64,000 bases of DNA from Dudresnaya verticillata (lineage: Eukaryota). Made by a program: the position numbers and the translations under genes. The stretch lies in assembly GCA_977862235.1 (NCBI GenBank), contig OZ374560.1, positions 1,736,001 to 1,800,000 of the forward strand. The letters are read 5' to 3'. The notes below the pieces were generated by a model. That model did not search any database and was not told the DNA's origin. It was given only the letters and a program-made list of their open reading frames with translations. This document shows positions 58,501 through 64,000 of the stretch, piece by piece (the stretch's first letter is position 1; each line of letters opens with the position of its first letter).

Positions 58501-60430
58501 CAGGCGAGGTTGGTCCGTTTCCGCATGTGCCTCGTTCCGTGGCTCCGGCCATTTCGCCGTCGCTGACTCTGGGGTCAACGCTTGGCACCAGGGCCGTTGC
58601 GTTGATGCAGAGCGCTTCGGGTTCTTCGGTCGCGAGTCTCGAGATGCGCTGTCCCACGGATGTTCGCACTCTCAACTCCGTGAGTGATGCGTGTCGCGAA
58701 GCGGGTATCTCCCCCGATGGGACTCTTCGGCAGCTGTTGGACGACCTCGCCGGAAGCTTCCTTCGCGCTGTCACGGAGTTGAGTCGCCTTTGTAGGCAGC
58801 TTCGTCATCGGGATGCGGAGATAGCGGACCTTCTTTATCCTGTTCGGGACCTCGAGTTGGGCGACAAGCGTCGGCGCGAAGATTACGGTTACCCGAGTTA
58901 CGATGCTTCGCGTTACGGTTCTGGCTCCGGAGGCCCTTCGGGCTTCAGGTCCAGCGGTGGCGGCGGTTACGATGGTCACCGCGGACAATCGCATACATCG
59001 GATCCGTATGCGCCTAACTTTCTTCGCGTGGCTCGAGACGAAAACGGAAACGATCCTCGTGATAAACCGCCTTACAACTCCGCGAACCCGTATGGTCGCT
59101 CGTAGTTGTACGTAGTGGTAGCACGGAGGCTTTTTCTTTTAGCTTCGTAGTTGCGTTGTTTCTCGTTTTCGGTACCGAACTCCGTGTTCTCGGAGCTCAC
59201 GGTGGCGGGTCTCGGTCTCATGGTATCGTCTCGAGTAAACGCTTTTCTCTTTCTCGACTCCTCTTTTGCCTCGTAGTGATAGCCACGTAGTTGTTAGCAT
59301 CGTAGCTTTAGCTTCGTAGCTTTATTGTAAACGAGCTTCGTGCTCAAGTGTGCGAATCTGGGGCTTGTTCGTGGTGCGGTTCCGTTTTTCGTGATGCGTG
59401 TGACGTTGATTACGAATAAAATTACGCGTGTTTCCTTCGAGGAGTTGAGTCATCGAGACTTCGTGATCTGCGTGCACGGCCCCCTCCTCAAGACGAAGGC
59501 GTCCGCGCCGACGTGCTTAGGTGGTGGGTTGCGGATACGCGCTCCTCGGAGAGCTGTGCGGGTGTTGCGATGATCGCGCAGAGCAAGTCGCGTGAGCTCC
59601 GGGGCTGTCGTGGGTGAGCTGCTTCGGGGGCGCAGACGCACGCGTTAGCAGGCTCCGAGGCAAGCGGGCGTAGGGTGCACGTCGAGGACTCCGTGGTCGC
59701 GTCGAAGGTGCTTCGTAAAGGGGGGTGAGCTCCGTGGCTCAAGGGAGGGGTTGAGTCAGCATCTGCATTGCGCCGAGGCAAGTGATCGAGCGAAGTAGGC
59801 GTAATGCGCGGGTTGCGAAGGCGAAGTGCGTGTTGCGGGTGGTATCGGCCTCGAAGTATGATGTCAGGCGCGTATGACAAGTTAAATATAGTTCACCGTG
59901 TCCTTCCGTCGCGGTGTCAGCTCCTGTAATGCGAGTGCCGCGGTGCAACCGTGTGCGCGGAGGAGCCAGTGTCGAATATTATGAAGCTCGTGGGACACAG
60001 TGTGTGTCCCCCACCACAGCGGTGGGCGCGCCCATCGCGATACCGCGGAATGCTTCCGACTGCGTGAGAAGCGACTTCATGTGGGCATCGCGACGAACGA
60101 ATCGGTGATCGCTCGCGGACACGGTGATGCGGAGAGGGCTTCGTGATACCGCCGAGGGCTACGTTGGCGTGCGTCGCGTGCCGTCTAAATTGCGCAGCTG
60201 CGGTAGCGTCATGTGCTGGGTGGCGGCCATCTGCTCCGAGGCATCCGTGTGTGTCGGGGATGTTGTTGTACGCGACGAAGGCGCGTCATGAAATACGGGA
60301 ACGACTATCACGAAGTTGGGCCACGAGAGGCGCGGTACCATCCAAACGTATGCTCCGGGGCAATCGAAATGAGGACTTGCACAGTCAGCACGTGATGCAA
60401 GGACGCAGTGGGGACCCGGGGCCATTCGTG
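55585..60430 (-). mobile_element. Gypsy family B 3' half: 3' LTR (55585-56428), PPT, antisense ORF cassette and second PPT copy; 5' part missing
   Basis: The LTR reads TGTGGTATAG...TATCACA on the minus strand, preceded by GAGGAGGGGG-CCG; homologous to 4309-5918 and 53915-54614. Confidence 0.85.
57381..59105 (+). CDS. Unknown 574-aa protein, antisense accessory ORF of Gypsy B (probably begins at ATG 57049 across frameshifts)
   Basis: Long open frame with globular-like composition, a coiled-coil segment and a G/S/Y-rich tail. The upstream piece is conserved at protein level in the 4289-4542 copy (LEGELAA; EYVP.T...PHVV). Confidence 0.7.
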   Translation: MLRWALRNSGPPKFGAKDESAPGLPSAQFYFAWDAFAISGVPHEEVAPYDGGVRPDIARFRALCEGRDDNGAGAFHIFWPRVPVHPTPMGLPCDVSCVTSVDEVAYVDACARMLLAPGAGIPVDSPVVAVARFRDYPEFESAAGNVWRHVDSISGILGVQIGAGDWALFRDTGSMPDRVDTNSRLEDRVPLGMFRSSFWLDTLCIRAPPGLVVPPPRVIRYFGLVFDLFAEHKKKCFARFRDSEYRFELGRALISDFTQRQYVWVLDASLRSFVRGRWSKLFSEDGGYQDLSLRGSDPTMPITKILAIAIEASDRRDLQSTLREFPTGQWSQVVGDDVASGAWFDWRHNRSSRGRRGPRFDPFSHPSAAVRGIAGEVGPFPHVPRSVAPAISPSLTLGSTLGTRAVALMQSASGSSVASLEMRCPTDVRTLNSVSDACREAGISPDGTLRQLLDDLAGSFLRAVTELSRLCRQLRHRDAEIADLLYPVRDLELGDKRRREDYGYPSYDASRYGSGSGGPSGFRSSGGGGYDGHRGQSHTSDPYAPNFLRVARDENGNDPRDKPPYNSANPYGRS

Positions 60431-60432
60431 TA

Positions 60433-63400
60433 ATGAGCTTCGGGTGCCGCGCAACTAGAGTGGACGTAGCCGTCATTCGGGCTGCGGTTTGCGGATCACG
60501 ACGTCGGGGTCACGGAACCACTCGGGGTCCCAGTCGGAGCGCCAGTAAGAGTAACCGACACGGATCTGCGTCCAAGAAGTCTAAAAAGAAGAAGAAGAAG
60601 GACAAACAAAAGAAGAATAGGAAGAAATATTACTCATCTGAGTCTGACGCATCTTCAGTTACCTCAGATAGTTCAAGTTCGGATGATTCATCCGATGATG
60701 ACCGACAGTGTCGTCGCCGGGCGTCTAAACCTACAAGGGTCAGGAGCATTAAACCCCTCGGTGACCTATATACAAGAGTGGTTAGCTTTCAAAGTTACTA
60801 TTTGAACTGATTGGATAACCGCTCAAGGCTTTACTCCTCGAGAATCTCTCGGAAAGTAAATACCTACTATAAGAGGATGGATATTCAGATGCCACCCTCT
60901 CGTTTCTCGGGGGTAGACCCGATTAACATTTTGGGTTTCCTTTCAAGGTTCAAGGATGCCTGTAATCACAATGATGTTCACGAAGGAGCAGCCGTTTGGT
61001 TATTACAACAATTTATGGCAGGAACCGCCAGGAACAACTTTCAGGCTACTACAGACAAGGACCAGGGTGGCCGTGGACTCCGAAGATGAGGGGGATTTGT
61101 TAACAACGTACCCCAAAGTGGTTAATTACCTTTTGGAAACTTATGCCACCGATGAGATTATTGCGCAAGCATATGCTGACGTGATCTCGTTGCGATAAGC
61201 AGAAGGAAAAACGGAACGGGACTTAGCAGAGTTAGTGAGAGCCAGAGCTCGCCGATGCGGGTCGGTGTTTACAGAACACCGCCTCAAGGCGATCTTTGTT
61301 GATGGACTCCTCCCGAGTATCCGTGCACCGGTTCGTAACCGGTTGACTTCTTCAAAGCGTTTGTCCTATACTAAGATTACACAATATGCACAAGACCTTG
61401 GGGAAGCTCATAGGAGTACACATGGGACGACAAACCTAAAGGGGAAAAGGGGAGTAATCCCCGTCGCCACGGTTAGCTTCGAGAAACCACCGTCTCACTC
61501 CGTGAGTACGTCGACTGCTACCTCCGAGGGTTTACCAGGAATGGAAGACATTCATGAGGAGGAGATTTTCCAACTCAGTGAATACTTATCCAACCAGTCT
61601 ATGGCTCCCCCGTCTTCAATAACCACAGTGGGATCCCGGGATGGTGCGCCGATATGAGCATGCTGGATCTGTCTAATCGGGACCATATGGCACATGAATG
61701 CCCATTGGTAACCTCCGCTGTTCGCACTGGCATAATTGCTCCCAGAAAGCAGAACCTCTATGTGTTAGCCCGAGCCCGAGTCATGCAAGGTAACCGGCAA
61801 GATAACCCCGGGGCCTCCTCCTCAGCAGGTCATCCGGGCCCTACCCAGGCTATACGCACGGGATCACCCTCAGTGGAGCCCTCAAAAGCAGTTCAAGGAG
61901 TTACGATTGCGGAAAACGTGGAGCAGGAGGCATAACGACGCATGCCCCCTCCCCAAATATGCACCTTCCAGAACCTGTGTTGCGACCCGACACTATGGAT
62001 AACCCGGAGGGTGATGACTATGATGAAGTATGGTTACTTAAGAAGCAAAACTACAAAGTGGATCTATCATTAGGTCTGGTCATCTCAGATGATATCCGCA
62101 AGGGGCGTGATTGATTCTGGCGCCGGAACGAATCTGATTCATGTTAAAATGTTACCTAATGGCTGGTAAAAGCGAGCCAAACCCTATAAGGAAACCACTC
62201 GTAGCATCGTCGACGCTTCTAATAATCGAATATTACCTCTAGGAGTCATCCCCTTATATATCCGTGTCGGTAATCTCTACACGAAGACCCATTTTCTGGT
62301 TGTTGCTAATATGCCTGCCGAAGTTATACTCGGTACAACCTTCATCGATCGACATATCACAGCCATCATGCCTGGACCCCGAAGGTTACTATTGAGGGAT
62401 GCTCCAGTAGTACAAATGCTCGGTGTTTCCATGGGAGGAAGTAAGGTTACCAACGATAAACAACCAACGGTTTCTACCAAAGTGAGATTGGTCGAAGACT
62501 GGGTCATACCTCCAAGGTCACGCTCGTTTGTGCCGGTAAGACCAAGCGCATCCGGATTATGCCTGGTTCATAATACCCCACGGTCACTACACAAGTCGTT
62601 AACCATAATGGCAAAAAGGGATCAGGGATATCCTTCCGATGGGAGAGTTTTTCCTGTACTACTGACCAATTTTGGTGATCGCCCTGCTCGACTGAAAAAA
62701 ACTCAAGTAATAGGCCATGCATTGCCCAGACCTGATCAGGTTTTGAGTATAGGTACTCTACAAGAGAACAACCAGTCGGATACCCAGGAGGTGAAATCAA
62801 TAGCGGAACCCAGTTGGGAAGACACTGTCCATACAGGTGTCCAAGACAGTGCTTCCCGATCCCAAGTTATGGAAATGTTTCAATAGTATCAAGAAATGTG
62901 GTCCGGCCAACTAGGTACCATTAAGGATACTCAGCACAGGATTGAGTTGATGGAAGGGGGGAAACCCATCTATCAACACCCTTATAGGGCCGGCCCTAAA
63001 GCTTGAGAAGCTGAAAAGACGGAAGTACAACGAATTTTACGCGAAGGCGTTATTGAACCCTCGGGCAGAATGGGCCAGCCCTGTGGTCCTTGTGTCGAAA
63101 CCTGATGGGTTTTTGCGCTTTTGCGTCGACTATCACCGGCTGAATAGTATTACTCGGAGAGATTCATATCCGTTACCTCGAATGGACGAATGTATTGACT
63201 CACTGGGAGATGCTAAGGTATTCATGACGCTCGACTATAATAGTGGCTGTTGGCAAGTGGAAGTCGATCCCGACGATCGCAATAAAACGACGTTCACTTG
63301 CCACGAAGGGGTATACCGTTTTATCAGGATGCTACTTGGTCTCAAGAATGCGCCCGCCACATTCCAACGAGCAGTCGACATTATACTGTCCCGATGCAAG

Positions 63401-64000
63401 TGGCAATACGCTTTTTTGTTTATCTCGATGACGTTATCGTTTACTATCGGAGTATCCAGAACCACTTCCACCATTTACGTACTGTACTCGATCTACTCCG
63501 AACCGCTCGGGTTTCTCTCAAGTTGTCTAAGTGCAAGTTCTTCGAAGCTTCCGTCGATTACCTCGGACATGTAATACGTCCCGGAAAGCTTGAGGTAGCC
63601 TCTAAGAACGTTACCGCCCTACGACAGGCGAAACCTCCCACGGATCAAACCAAGTTAAGGTCATTTCTTGGGGTATGTAACGTCTATCGACGTTTCGTCC
63701 CCAATGATGCACGGATTGCGTCTCCGCTCTCCAGGAAACGTCGACAAGATCAACCCTTCACTTTTGAGTCACTGACCGAAGACGAGTACGACGCCTTCGA
63801 CGATCTCAGGCGTCGTCTTTTAACGGCACCCATATTGGCTTTACCTCGAAAGGGATTCCGCTATTCAGTTGACACCGATGCGTGCGACCTTCAGGTTGGC
63901 TGTTGCTTACTTCAAGAAAACGAGCAAGGAGACAAGCTACCTATTGTTTATTGGAGTCACACACTTAATTCCGCAGAGCGTAACTATTCGGCCACCGAAC
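60433..64000 (+). mobile_element. Decayed Gypsy gag-pol (family D, related to A), no 5' LTR visible, runs off the window
   Basis: gag FSGVDPINILGFLSRFKDAC; protease IDSGAGTNLI; RT WASPVVLV.KPDG.LRFCVDY, LPRMDECID, GLKNAPATFQ, YLDD; RNase H DTDAC...AERNYSATE; many stops and frameshifts. Confidence 0.92.

Noticed and set aside
57205..58774. Minus-strand ORFs of 150-270 aa opposite the 574-aa ORF
   Set aside because: Arg/Pro-rich shadow frames expected in GC-rich coding DNA; no pol motifs

Overview
Eukaryotic, transposon-saturated window. The compact intron-less host genes and the TE families suggest a florideophyte red alga such as Chondrus or Gracilaria, but this is inference. Most of the window is nested mobile DNA: (1) two copies of an APE+RT LINE family; (2) two tyrosine-recombinase (YR) retrotransposons, one a decayed DIRS/PAT-type with a Dam-like methyltransferase domain and one a near-intact Ngaro-like element with A1-ORFs-B1-A2-B2 split direct repeats; (3) a full-length 11.7-kb chromodomain Gypsy with both LTRs and a TSD, fragments of at least three other Gypsy families, and two solo LTRs; (4) a decayed Helitron. 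Two host-like genes lie at about 23-27 kb: a 3xC2H2 zinc-finger protein and a secreted metallo-beta-lactamase-fold protein. The most notable signal is that three Gypsy families with unrelated LTRs each carry an antisense accessory ORF between pol and the PPT/3' LTR; one is a 574-codon open frame bracketed by two identical PPT copies. Also notable are conserved stop-start (TRATG) coupling in the LINEs, a microhomology-bounded inversion inside a gag, a scrambled LTR/pol mosaic, and a conserved hairpin motif in YR terminal repeats. No computation or database search was run.
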